The notes under the pieces: model-generated
Told to the model about the DNA's origin: nothing
What the model saw: the letters and a program-made list of their open reading frames with translations, nothing else
Databases searched by the model: none
DNA from: a virus
Lineage: Duplodnaviria > Caudoviricetes
Direction: 5' to 3' (one strand)
IMG/VR virus record: IMGVR_UViG_3300036805_000186
Coordinates: 1 to 31,704 of that record
Length of the DNA: 31,704 bases
In this document: one piece after another, positions 15,541 through 24,361 of the stretch
How positions within the stretch are numbered: the first letter of the stretch is position 1
Layout of the letters: each line of letters opens with the position of its first letter
Translations under genes and position numbers: made by a program

Positions 15541-17332
15541 GAGCTCCGAGCCCGGCCCGTACAGCTTCGATCGCACGCCCTACTGGCGGTTCGTCCTCGA
15601 CCTGATCGGCCGCGCCGGCGTCGAGGAGGTCGTCTGCCTCAAGGGCGCGCAGATCGGCTGGTCGGAGCTGTGCCGCAACGCGATGGGCTACTGGGTCGAC
15701 CTCGACCCGGGCCCGATCCTGATCCTCGCCGCCGACCAGCAGGCGACCGACAACTTCAAGATCGAGCGCATCGAGCCGCTGATCGCCAACACGCCGGCCG
15801 TTCACCGCCACCGCACCGGCCGGGCCTGGGACGAGACGAAGTACCGGATCCGCTTCGACACCTGCTGGCTCTTCCTGACCTGGGCCGGCTCCAAATCGGG
15901 CACGAAGACGCGCCCGATCCGCTATCTCGTATGCGAGGAACCCGACGAATTTCCGGCCTTCAGCTCCTCCGGCGGCGACCCGCTGGCCAAGGCGATGAAG
16001 CGCACGACGACCTACGCCGACAAGGGGCAGGCGCGGATCCTGATCGGCGGCACGCCGACGACGCGGCGCGGCAACACGTGGAAGCGGTGGGCGCTGTGCG
16101 CGCTCCGCTATCACCTGTGGCTGCCCTGCCCCCATTGCCGCGGCTACCAGCTCCTGCGCTGGAAACAGGTCCGCTGGCCCGAGCTGCACGACGAGCCCGA
16201 CCGGGCCAAGCGCGCCGAGCGGATCAAGGCCGAGGGGCTCGCCCACTACGAGTGCGAGCACTGCAAGCAGCCGATCCGCGATCACCACAAGCCGGCGATG
16301 CTGCGGGCCGGCCGGTGGGCGAACGAGGACCAGGCGGTCAGCTTCGACGGGCGGGTGGTCGGCCCCGAGCGCCTGGCCAGCCGCGTCGGCGTCAAGATCT
16401 CCTCGCTCTACTCCCCCTGGGTGCCGTTCGCCAAGCTGGCGGCCGAGTGGATCGAGGCGCAGGGCAACCCGGACGCCCTGTGCGACTTCATCAACCAGTT
16501 CCTGGCCGAGACGTGGGAGGAGGAGCGGGCCAAGGTCGAGCCCGACGCGATCCGGGCCAAGGTGCAGCGCCCAAGCGCGATCGCGCCCGGCGGTTGGGAG
16601 CCGCTCGACGGCTCGCCCAAGCCGCTGCTGGTCCCGGCCTGGGCGCGGACGCTGATCGCGGCGGCCGACACGCAGGGCACGTGCGAGCAGGACGGGCACT
16701 TCTGGTACGTGATCCGCGCGTGGAGCTACGAGTTCCGTTCGCAGCTCGTGGATTTCGGCGTCTGCCACAGCAAGGTCGAGCTCGTGCAGCGGTGCCTGGA
16801 CCGGCCGATCCGGCACGAAAAGGGCTACGACGTGATGCCCAACGTGCTGCTGATCGACAGCGGCGGCAAGCGCTGGAGCGAGATCTACCAGCTCGCCCAG
16901 GCCGACAACCGGATCCACCCGACCAAGGGCGCCAACACGCGGCGCGACTGGATGGTCGAGGAGCGGCTGCAGAAGCGGCATGCCGTGGTCCTCTGGCTGA
17001 TCGACACCGAGCAGTCCAAGGACCTGCTGCACCGGCTGATCAACGACCCGGACCGCACGCGCTGGATGCCGCACAACGGCATCAACGCCGACTTCTGCCG
17101 GCAGATGGCCAGCGAGGCCAAGGTCTTCGACCCGGTTGAGAAGTGCGAGAAGTGGGTCGAGATCATCCAGGACGGCAACCACATTTGGGACTGCGAGGCG
17201 CAGCAGGCGGCCGGGGCGTGGAAGTTCGGCCTCGGCATGCCGGCCCCGGAAGAGCCCCCGCCGTCCCCGCCGCCGCCGCCCGTTGAACGCCCCGGCTGGC
17301 TCCCCGAGCGCCCGGAGAAGTGGCTGAAATGA
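15359..17332 (+). CDS. terL: Terminase large subunit (lambda GpA family)
   Basis: PSQWAE, RTPYW, Walker A KGAQIGWSE, Walker B CEEPDE, GTPT, CPHC/CEHC Zn motifs, AADTQ, IDSGG, TKG, NHIWDCE. Confidence 0.95.
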   Translation: MKPRAGEQTTTTPATTAKTPPLAPTSTTTRARAKLFQALSPRERWTPSQWAEHCRILSPDESSEPGPYSFDRTPYWRFVLDLIGRAGVEEVVCLKGAQIGWSELCRNAMGYWVDLDPGPILILAADQQATDNFKIERIEPLIANTPAVHRHRTGRAWDETKYRIRFDTCWLFLTWAGSKSGTKTRPIRYLVCEEPDEFPAFSSSGGDPLAKAMKRTTTYADKGQARILIGGTPTTRRGNTWKRWALCALRYHLWLPCPHCRGYQLLRWKQVRWPELHDEPDRAKRAERIKAEGLAHYECEHCKQPIRDHHKPAMLRAGRWANEDQAVSFDGRVVGPERLASRVGVKISSLYSPWVPFAKLAAEWIEAQGNPDALCDFINQFLAETWEEERAKVEPDAIRAKVQRPSAIAPGGWEPLDGSPKPLLVPAWARTLIAAADTQGTCEQDGHFWYVIRAWSYEFRSQLVDFGVCHSKVELVQRCLDRPIRHEKGYDVMPNVLLIDSGGKRWSEIYQLAQADNRIHPTKGANTRRDWMVEERLQKRHAVVLWLIDTEQSKDLLHRLINDPDRTRWMPHNGINADFCRQMASEAKVFDPVEKCEKWVEIIQDGNHIWDCEAQQAAGAWKFGLGMPAPEEPPPSPPPPPVERPGWLPERPEKWLK

Positions 17333-17559
17333 GCATCAATACCGGCAACATCCAGAGCTTCTCCGACCAGGACATCCTCAACGCCCTGCGGATGGCCCTG
17401 GTGAATTCCGCGTTCGCCAAGGAAACCAGCTTCGGCGGCCGCACGCTCGCCGCGCACAGCCCGCTGGAGCTGCAGTCGCTGATCCGCGATTACGAGTGGC
17501 GGGTCAGCCGCCAGACCAACGGCATGTTCGTCGTTGCCGAAAACAGGCCCCCAGAATGA
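17329..17559 (+). CDS. Head completion protein (gpW-like)
   Basis: Short protein between TerL and portal; SFGGRTL...LELQSLI pattern; ATGA overlap. Confidence 0.75.
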   Translation: MSINTGNIQSFSDQDILNALRMALVNSAFAKETSFGGRTLAAHSPLELQSLIRDYEWRVSRQTNGMFVVAENRPPE

Positions 17560-17571
17560 GCACCCCGCCGA

Positions 17572-19806
17572 ATGATCGGTGAACTGATCGACAGATTCGT
17601 GGGCGTCCTGTCGCCGGCAACCGCCGTGCGTCGCGCCGTCGCGCGCGAGACGCTCAAGATGCTCGGCACCTACGCAGCGGCCGACCGGGGGCGGCGTAAC
17701 CGGGACTGGAAGGCCCCGGACGGCTCGGCCGACCTGGCGCTGATCCCCGACGCCCGCATCCTGATCCCGCGCGCGCGCCAGCTCGTGCGCGACAGCGGCT
17801 TTGCCAAGTCGGCCATCCATTGCGTGCGGCGCAACGTGGTGGGCCGCGGGATCGTTCCCGTGCCGGTGGTCCGGGACGTCGCCGGGGAAGAGTTCAAGGC
17901 CTTTAACGCTCGCGCGGAGAAGCTCTTTTGGGAGTGGGCCAGCGACGCGGGCCTGTGCGACATCGAGCGGCGGCAAAACTTCTGGCGCAAGCAGCGGATG
18001 TGTGTCTCCGAGCGGGTGACGGCGGGCGAGCATTTCCTGGTCTGGTCCTACACGCCGGGGGCCAGCGGCGTGGGGCTCCGCTTCCAGAGCATGGAGAGCG
18101 ACCAGCTCTACGACATCATCCAGAGCGCCGACACCGGCAACCAGGTGCGCGGCGGGATCGAGATCGACGACAAGGCCGCCCCGGTGGCCTACCACTTCTG
18201 GACGCGCAACCCGAACGACTATCTTTTCCGCACCAACTATTTCCCCGTGCGGGTGCCGCGCGACCGCTGCCTGCACTACTTCGATCAGGAGCGCACCCGG
18301 CAGGTGCGTGGGGAGACGATGTTCGCCGCGGTGATGGGCGACCTGCGCGACCACGCGTCGACGCGTCAGGCCCTGGCTTGGCGCTTCCGCCTCGAGGCCT
18401 GCATCGGCGCCGCGATCAAGAGCAAGACCGCGCCGCCGAACATGCCGGGCATGGGGCCGCCGTCGATGCCGCGCGCCCCCGGGGCGGCGACGGCGACGCC
18501 GTCGGGCATGAACACGTTCGACTTCGTTCCCGGGATGGTCGCGACCCTGCAGCCGGACGAGGACATCACCTGGAACACGCCCCAGGCCGCCGGCGGTAAC
18601 TTCTCGGCCTTCGACGAGGCGGTCCTCCGCGGGATCGCGGCGGGCCTGGACATGAGCTACGAGCAGCTCGTGCGCGACTTCTCGCGCGGCACCTACAGCT
18701 CGCAGCGGCAGGGCATGCTCGAGGACCGGCGCGGCTGGAAGGCCGAGCAGGACCTGCTGATCGACACCGTCGTCGGCCCGGTCTACCGGCTCTTCATCGC
18801 CTGCGCGTTCGCCGAGGGCAAGTTCGCCGACCTGGTCGACATCCGCGAGTTCTTCGCCAACCCGTCCCGCTTCACCGAGGCGGAGTACATCCCCGACGGC
18901 CACGAGTGGATCGACCCGCTGAAGGAGGCGACCGGGTTCGAGAAGCTGATCGCCCTGCGCCTGGTCACGCGCAAGGAGCTGATCGCCGGCCGCGGCGGCC
19001 GGATGCGCAACACGTTCCAGCAGATCCACGACGAAAAGCGGCTCAGCAAGGAGCTGGACATCGCGTTCCCCGAGGACGTGGCGGCGCAGGCCTCCATGCT
19101 CAAGGGTGCGGTGATTCCTCCGGGCAGCAGCGGCGGAGGCCCGGCTCCCGGGGCGCCATTAATCCCGCCGGCGCCGGGGGGGGCGCCGGCGGCGATGCGC
19201 GACGACGACGAGATCGACTGGGACGGCGACTCGGATTTCGAGCCCGACTTCGACAATGAGACGGTCGGCGAGCCGACGCAGGCCCTCCTGCCGCAGTTCG
19301 CCGCGCCGATCACGATAGCCGGCAAGGGCTTCGGCTCCCCGTCCGACGCGTTCGGCCCCCACGACGTCTTCGACAACCCGCAGCACGCCGCCCCCGGCGA
19401 CGCGCTCCGCGCCCTTCCGGATCCGGACGGGGCCGTGGCGGTCATGCTCTCGGGCGACGACGAGCCGGTCGACCACTGGGTGACGATCGACGGCCAGCCG
19501 GTCCCGATCACGTCGGGCGGTGGGGGCGGGAGCGGCGGCGGGAAAGGATCGGCCGGCTTGAGCGAGAAGACGCGCGCCGCAATCGAGCAGCACACGGAGG
19601 CCCACGCGGCCAAGTTCGGCGCGGCCCACACGCGGGCGGTGCTCAAGAACGAGCAGAAGTTCACCCAGCACGAAGTGCGCAAGGCCGAGAAGCTCCTCAA
19701 GGGCGACCCGAACCACAAGCCGTATCAGCAAATGGTCAAGTCGGCGCACGCCCGGGCCGCGGCGATCTCACATGCGCTGGGCCACGCGTTCACCCTCGGC
19801 AAATAG
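17572..19806 (+). CDS. Portal protein (lambda family) with ~240-aa C-terminal extension
   Basis: RARQLVRD, NVVGRGI, GIEIDD..PVAYHF, RQVRG, IAAGLDMSYEQL..DFS..YSS.R, WIDPLKE. Confidence 0.93.
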   Translation: MIGELIDRFVGVLSPATAVRRAVARETLKMLGTYAAADRGRRNRDWKAPDGSADLALIPDARILIPRARQLVRDSGFAKSAIHCVRRNVVGRGIVPVPVVRDVAGEEFKAFNARAEKLFWEWASDAGLCDIERRQNFWRKQRMCVSERVTAGEHFLVWSYTPGASGVGLRFQSMESDQLYDIIQSADTGNQVRGGIEIDDKAAPVAYHFWTRNPNDYLFRTNYFPVRVPRDRCLHYFDQERTRQVRGETMFAAVMGDLRDHASTRQALAWRFRLEACIGAAIKSKTAPPNMPGMGPPSMPRAPGAATATPSGMNTFDFVPGMVATLQPDEDITWNTPQAAGGNFSAFDEAVLRGIAAGLDMSYEQLVRDFSRGTYSSQRQGMLEDRRGWKAEQDLLIDTVVGPVYRLFIACAFAEGKFADLVDIREFFANPSRFTEAEYIPDGHEWIDPLKEATGFEKLIALRLVTRKELIAGRGGRMRNTFQQIHDEKRLSKELDIAFPEDVAAQASMLKGAVIPPGSSGGGPAPGAPLIPPAPGGAPAAMRDDDEIDWDGDSDFEPDFDNETVGEPTQALLPQFAAPITIAGKGFGSPSDAFGPHDVFDNPQHAAPGDALRALPDPDGAVAVMLSGDDEPVDHWVTIDGQPVPITSGGGGGSGGGKGSAGLSEKTRAAIEQHTEAHAAKFGAAHTRAVLKNEQKFTQHEVRKAEKLLKGDPNHKPYQQMVKSAHARAAAISHALGHAFTLGK

Positions 19807-19816
19807 GAGGCTCCCC

Positions 19817-20704
19817 ATGCTCAGCAAACTGATCGCGCTGGCCAAGAAGTGCGCGCAGCTCGACGTCTCCGACGACGGCGACGCCACGCCGGGCCCGGAC
19901 GCCATGATGGAGGCCGGCGACGACGTCGAGGTCGACGAGGCGCTCGACGCCGGCGACGCGATCGAAGCCGACCCCGACATGCTTGCGGCCGTGGATGACG
20001 ACGACGCCGGCGAGTTCGACGCCGACGACCAGGAGGCCGACGAAGAAGACGACCTGATCGATGTCGAGGACGAGGACGGCGACCCGCTGCACCCGCGCAA
20101 GGGCGACGGCACGCTCCCCCCGATCAGCGACCGGGACGGCCTGCTTTCCGCCGGCCACAAGCTCCCGCCCACGATCACGCTTCGGACGGCGATCGCCGGC
20201 AAGGGCGTCAAGCCCCAGGTCGACCGCGCCGGCAACGGCGCGATCCGCAACGTCGCCGTCATGCAGGCGGGCAGCGCCAAGGGCCACGGCTTCGACATCG
20301 ACCGCAAGATGCTTGGCCAGGCGGAGGCCAGCATGCAGGGCGGCGTGGCGATGCGGTTCAAGCACCCGCAGCGGCTCAACGCCGACGGCTCCAGCGAGAT
20401 CGTCGACCCGCTCGGCACCCACGTGGGCAAGGTCACCAACGTGCGGATGAGCCCCGCCGGCGACGAGATCCGCGGCGACATCGAGTTCGGCAAGCACGCG
20501 AAGAACGTGCCCGGCCACGGCGACGTCGCCACGTACCTGATGGACCTCGCCGAGGAGGACCCAACCGCCTTTGGGCTGTCCACCGTCTACCGGCCCGCCG
20601 CCTACGAGCGCGGCCCCGACGGGCGGCCGCTCGGCCGCGTCGACCAGGTGCAGGCCTGCGACCTGACCGGCGACCCCGCCAGCACGCGTCAGGGTTTGCT
20701 CTGA
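19817..20704 (+). CDS. Prohead maturation protease with acidic N-terminal region
   Basis: AGGAGG RBS; GSAKGHG..ID, RFKHP, LG..VG...N, FGLS, ACDLTGDPA..GL motifs; lies between portal and MCP. Confidence 0.7.
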   Translation: MLSKLIALAKKCAQLDVSDDGDATPGPDAMMEAGDDVEVDEALDAGDAIEADPDMLAAVDDDDAGEFDADDQEADEEDDLIDVEDEDGDPLHPRKGDGTLPPISDRDGLLSAGHKLPPTITLRTAIAGKGVKPQVDRAGNGAIRNVAVMQAGSAKGHGFDIDRKMLGQAEASMQGGVAMRFKHPQRLNADGSSEIVDPLGTHVGKVTNVRMSPAGDEIRGDIEFGKHAKNVPGHGDVATYLMDLAEEDPTAFGLSTVYRPAAYERGPDGRPLGRVDQVQACDLTGDPASTRQGLL

Positions 20705-20711
20705 TCCTTCG

Positions 20712-20748
20712 CCCCCTCTCCCTCCGGGAGAGGGTTGGGGTGAGGGGG
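20712..20748. repeat. REP-like palindrome (CCCTCTCCC...GGGAGAGGG..GGGGTGAGGG type)
   Basis: CCCCTCTCCCTCCGGGAGAGGGTTGGGGTGAGGGG between protease and MCP. Confidence 0.8.
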
Positions 20749-20826
20749 TTTCCCCACAAACGAACTTTCCACGCCGCCGGCACGGTGCCGTCGCGGCCGG
20801 TCCTACACCCTTTGAGGAGTTCACCG

Positions 20827-22500
20827 ATGAACGTCCTTTCCCGCTTCCGTCGCGCCGGCCGACCCGCGCATAGCCGCCTCGCCGACGCCGTGCTCCCCGC
20901 CATCGTCGCGCTCACCGCCGGCGCGGGCGCCGCCTCTCCGCCCCCGGCCCCCGCGCCAGTGACCACGGGCGAGCCTCCCAAGAAGAAGATCACCCGCGCC
21001 GAGGCGTTCGAGGCCGCCGTGCAGCTCATGGCCAAGTCGACCGGCCGCAACGTCGACGAGGTCCGCCAGCACCTGCAGGCGCTTCGCGCCAGCCCCACGC
21101 CGCCGCCCCCGCCGGCGCCCGTGCAGCAGAACGACACGCCTGCCGACGTGATCGCGCTGGCCAAGCGGCGCAAGGAGGACCTCGTGAGCCTCCAGGGGAT
21201 CTACAGCCTGGGCGAGGACTTCGTCATGCTCGGCCTGAAGGAGAACTGGGACACCGAAACGGCGCAGCAGAAGGCGACCGAGTTCCTCACGAACAAGGCC
21301 CGGCCGCTGAACGTCCACGTGAGCCCCGACAACAACCTGGTCAGTCTGCGGTCGTCGATCGGCGACGCGATCCGGCTCCGGGCCGGCGCGAAGATCGAGA
21401 AGCCCCACGAGCGGGCAGACAAGCTCCGCGCCCTGTCCCTGCTGGACATGGGCCGGCACTACCTCAGCGCGATCGGCCACCCCGACGCCTGGACGCTGGG
21501 GCGCTCGACGCTGGTCGGCCTGCTGGTCAACCCCCGCGAGCTGCGCGCGCAACCGGGCGGCGGCCAGATGGTGATGTTGGCCGAGTCCGTCGGCGACTTC
21601 CCGGGGATCCTCAAGGACGCGATCAACAAGACGCTAATCCAGGCGTACCGCGACGCGAGCCCGACCTGGAAGCAGTGGGCGCGGCGGGCGACGGCCCCGG
21701 ACTTCAAGACCATCAACCGGGTGAACCTCTCGGAGTCCCCGAACCTGGTCGCCCGGCCGGTGGGGATGGGGATCACGTACGTCCAGCTCAGCGACACGAA
21801 CGAGACGTACATGCTGGCGGAGTACACCAACGGGATCCTTCTGACCCGCCGCGCGATGATCAACGACGACCTCGACGTGTTCAACCGGATCCCGATGCTC
21901 CAGGGCAACGCGGCCGGCCGAAAAGAGGAGGACGTCGCCTACGCCCAGATCACCAGCAACCCGACGATGGTGAACGACGGCATCGCGCTCTTCAACGCCG
22001 CGCACAACAACTACGTCGCCACCGGCAGCGGCGCCGCGCCGAGCGTGACGACGCTCCAAACCGCGTACCAGAAGATGCGGACCCAGAAAGGCCCCGCGGG
22101 ACAGGCCCGCCTGAACATCGAGCCGCGGTTCCTCTTCGTCCCGGTGGCGCTGGAGGCCTCCGCCAAGCAGTTGATCAACAGCGAGCAGCTCCTGGCCGTC
22201 GTGAGCACCACCAGCTCGGCCCCGCAGGTGGTCGGGAACGCCAATCCCTATTCCGACCGGCTGAAGATCATCAGCAATCCGCGCCTCGACGACGTCTCCG
22301 CCACCGGCTGGTATCTGGCCGGCTACTACGGCGACGGCCAGGTGGACACGGTCGAGGTCGCGTTCCTCGAGGACGAGCCCGAGCCGGTGCTCAAGCAAGA
22401 GACGGAGTTCGACACCGACTCGCAGAAGTTCGCCGTGCGGCACACGGTGGCCAGCAAGGTGATCGACTTCCGCGGCCTGTTCTTCAACGCCGGCGTGTAG
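20827..22500 (+). CDS. Major capsid protein (Mu gpT-like, HK97 fold) with N-terminal scaffold region
   Basis: GAGGAG RBS; DFPGIL..INK.L..AY, DFK, ETY, LTRRAMINDDL, P.FL.VP..LE, NPRLD, VEVAFL, DFRGL. Confidence 0.9.
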   Translation: MNVLSRFRRAGRPAHSRLADAVLPAIVALTAGAGAASPPPAPAPVTTGEPPKKKITRAEAFEAAVQLMAKSTGRNVDEVRQHLQALRASPTPPPPPAPVQQNDTPADVIALAKRRKEDLVSLQGIYSLGEDFVMLGLKENWDTETAQQKATEFLTNKARPLNVHVSPDNNLVSLRSSIGDAIRLRAGAKIEKPHERADKLRALSLLDMGRHYLSAIGHPDAWTLGRSTLVGLLVNPRELRAQPGGGQMVMLAESVGDFPGILKDAINKTLIQAYRDASPTWKQWARRATAPDFKTINRVNLSESPNLVARPVGMGITYVQLSDTNETYMLAEYTNGILLTRRAMINDDLDVFNRIPMLQGNAAGRKEEDVAYAQITSNPTMVNDGIALFNAAHNNYVATGSGAAPSVTTLQTAYQKMRTQKGPAGQARLNIEPRFLFVPVALEASAKQLINSEQLLAVVSTTSSAPQVVGNANPYSDRLKIISNPRLDDVSATGWYLAGYYGDGQVDTVEVAFLEDEPEPVLKQETEFDTDSQKFAVRHTVASKVIDFRGLFFNAGV

Positions 22501-22521
22501 CCGGCAAGTGCCGGCGGCCGG

Positions 22522-22617
22522 GTGCTGAGCGCTGAGTAAAAGCAGCGCTCGGCCCCGCCCCCGGCCCGCGGCTCTCCCCTCCCTCCGCCACTCCATCCTG
22601 CGTCCCCAGCTCAGCAC
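22522..22617. repeat. Heptamer (GTGCTGA) REP-like inverted repeat element
   Basis: GTGCTGAGCGCTGAG ... GCTCAGCAC followed by TTTT. Confidence 0.6.
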
Positions 22618-22661
22618 TTTTCCTCTTTGAGGCGCGGGCGAAGAGCCCGCGAACGACGAAC

Positions 22662-23006
22662 ATGAAAACCTTCGCTTACTTCCGCAAGCGTTTGCCCTGG
22701 ACGAACGCCACGGGCAGCCAGGCCAACCCCGGCGACGTGCAGGTCCTCAACTCCGGCTCGACGGGCCTGATCGGCATCACGATCGACACGACCGCCAACG
22801 GCGCGCAGGGCGCGGTCGAGATCGAGGACGTCCACACGTTGACCAAGAACACGGGTGAGGCGTTCACCCAGGGCCAGATCCTCTACTGGGACGCGACCAA
22901 CAAGCGCCTCACTGGCACGGCGACCGCCAACACTCGCGCGGGCCGCGCGTCCGAGCCGGCCGCCTCGGCCGCGACGAGCGCCAACTGCTCGATCAATCAG
23001 GCTTAG
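22662..23006 (+). CDS. DUF2190-family capsid cement/decoration protein
   Basis: GDV...LIGI...A.G..G.V...V..L.K..GEAFTQGQ.LYWD...LT.TAT.N..AG; follows the MCP. Confidence 0.85.
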   Translation: MKTFAYFRKRLPWTNATGSQANPGDVQVLNSGSTGLIGITIDTTANGAQGAVEIEDVHTLTKNTGEAFTQGQILYWDATNKRLTGTATANTRAGRASEPAASAATSANCSINQA

Positions 23007-23063
23007 CCGCCTGTTTTCCCGGCTGCCGCCTCATGGGGCCGCGTGGCCCCCGTTGGATGCCGC

Positions 23064-23115
23064 GGCGGCGTTCGGCCGAAAGGCCGCGCGCCGCCTTCTG
23101 ATCGTTTTCATTTTT
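23064..23115 (+). terminator. Candidate intrinsic terminator after the head genes
   Basis: GGCGGCG-TTC-GGCC-GAAA-GGCC-GCG-CGCCGCC hairpin with GNRA loop, then TTCTGATCGTTTTCATTTTT. Confidence 0.5.
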
Positions 23116-23128
23116 GACGAGGTGAATC

Positions 23129-23365
23129 GTGTTCAAGACGCACGCGGATTTCGCGAAGATCGACACCCGCCACCCCAGCCACCCCGGCACGCCGGTCCGG
23201 ACCGGCAAGGGCTTCGACGTCTGGCAGGACAAGGAGGGCCGCCTGTTCCTGATCCGCGCCGACGGGGAGCGGGTCCATTTTATCGCCGCCGACGACGCCG
23301 AGGCCCACGCGGCCGAGGCCCTCAAGGCCCACGCCGCGGCGACGGCCGCCGCGGCCAAGAAGTGA
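23129..23365 (+). CDS. Small hypothetical virion-module protein (paralog of 24865..25383)
   Basis: GAGGTG RBS; MF..H.DFA.ID....HPG.PV...G.DVWQ...G motif; Ala-rich tail. Confidence 0.75.
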   Translation: MFKTHADFAKIDTRHPSHPGTPVRTGKGFDVWQDKEGRLFLIRADGERVHFIAADDAEAHAAEALKAHAAATAAAAKK

Positions 23366-23385
23366 ACCCCGCGGAGGGCGCGACC

Positions 23386-23922
23386 ATGCGCGCGCTGATC
23401 CTCTGCCCCGGCCCCTCGCTCGCGGCGTTCCCCGGCTCGGCCGGCGGCAAGTCGGACGAGCCGGAGCTGCTGATCGGCGTGAACCGCGCCGCGGCCCACG
23501 TCGCCTGCGACGTCTGGGCGGCGGGGGATTACCCGCTGATCCGCAAGGCCCGCTGCGAGGTCCGCGGTCTGCCGGCGCTGCTCACCGCCGCGGCGACGGC
23601 CGACCGCCTGCGCCAGTCGGTCGCGCCCTGGCCCCGTCCGGTCGTCGAGTTCGAGGCGTGCTATCGCTTCTGCCCGCCGCGGCTGCAGTGGGCGCTGTTC
23701 ACGTCGACCGCGGCCCTCGTCTACGCCGCGTGGCGCGGCGCGACGCGGATCGACGTCTGGGGGGCCGACTGGAACGGTGAGGGCGATTGGGACGGCCAGC
23801 CCGCCGGCGGCAACCGCTCCGACGAACGCTGGCTCCTGGAGCGGCGGAACTGGGAAAACCTGATCGTGCCCTGGCTCGCGGACGGGGGCGTGGAGGTGAA
23901 GCGCCATGGGGCTGCTGTCTGA
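23386..23922 (+). CDS. DUF115/Maf-like (sialyltransferase-fold) glycosyltransferase-like protein
   Basis: ILCPGPSL, IGVN, TSTAALVYAAWRGATRIDVWGAD motif series; GGAGG RBS. Confidence 0.75.
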   Translation: MRALILCPGPSLAAFPGSAGGKSDEPELLIGVNRAAAHVACDVWAAGDYPLIRKARCEVRGLPALLTAAATADRLRQSVAPWPRPVVEFEACYRFCPPRLQWALFTSTAALVYAAWRGATRIDVWGADWNGEGDWDGQPAGGNRSDERWLLERRNWENLIVPWLADGGVEVKRHGAAV

Positions 23923-24268
23923 CATCATCCAGTGGCAGGCGCAAAACGTCTTCTGCGACCCGGACCGCACGCTGGCGGAGCCGATCGTCTACACGTCGAT
24001 CGTCAACGGGGTCGCGCAGCCGGCGGTGAACCTCAACGTGCCGATCCTCCGCGACGAGCCGATCGTCGTCGGCCCCGAAAACCAGCGGATCCGCACCCGC
24101 CAGATCCGGTTCTTCCTCCCCGCCGGCGTTACGGCCGGCTGCGCGCTGGGCGACGGCCTGATGGCGCCGTGGCGCATGGGCGCGGCAGCCGAGCAGTTCC
24201 GCGTCTGCGACATCACCAGCGCCGACGCCGGCGGCTGGGAAGTGCTGGCCGAGGCCTCGGCCGTTTAG
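23906..24268 (+). CDS. Head closure / head-tail joining protein (gpFII-like)
   Basis: Position, size, GD.L and F.V..I...D.G.W.V.A pattern; GGAGGTG RBS. Confidence 0.6.
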   Translation: MGLLSDIIQWQAQNVFCDPDRTLAEPIVYTSIVNGVAQPAVNLNVPILRDEPIVVGPENQRIRTRQIRFFLPAGVTAGCALGDGLMAPWRMGAAAEQFRVCDITSADAGGWEVLAEASAV

Positions 24269-24280
24269 GAAGGAAAGAGA

Positions 24281-24360
24281 GGGTTCAGGGTTCGGGGTTC
24301 AGGCTTGCCCAGGAGAGTTTCCTCGCAGACCTGAACCCTGAACCCTGAACCCTGAACCCC
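24281..24360. repeat. Heptamer (GGGTTCA)3 ... (TGAACCC)4 inverted tandem repeat element
   Basis: Directly visible; the right arm abuts the ATG at 24362. Confidence 0.85.
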
Positions 24361-24361
24361 C

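Noticed and set aside
13128-19029. Long - strand ORFs 13128..15356, 15350..17182 and 16885..19029
   Set aside because: Shadows of the LamG protein, terminase and portal genes, which carry clear conserved motifs on +
22662-23006. RecA/RadA recombinase label sometimes attached to DUF2190
   Set aside because: 114 aa, no Walker motifs, directly after the MCP; capsid cement role fits better
24281-24360. Possible CRISPR array or telomere-like repeat
   Set aside because: 7-bp tandem units in inverted arms with no unique spacers and no cas genes
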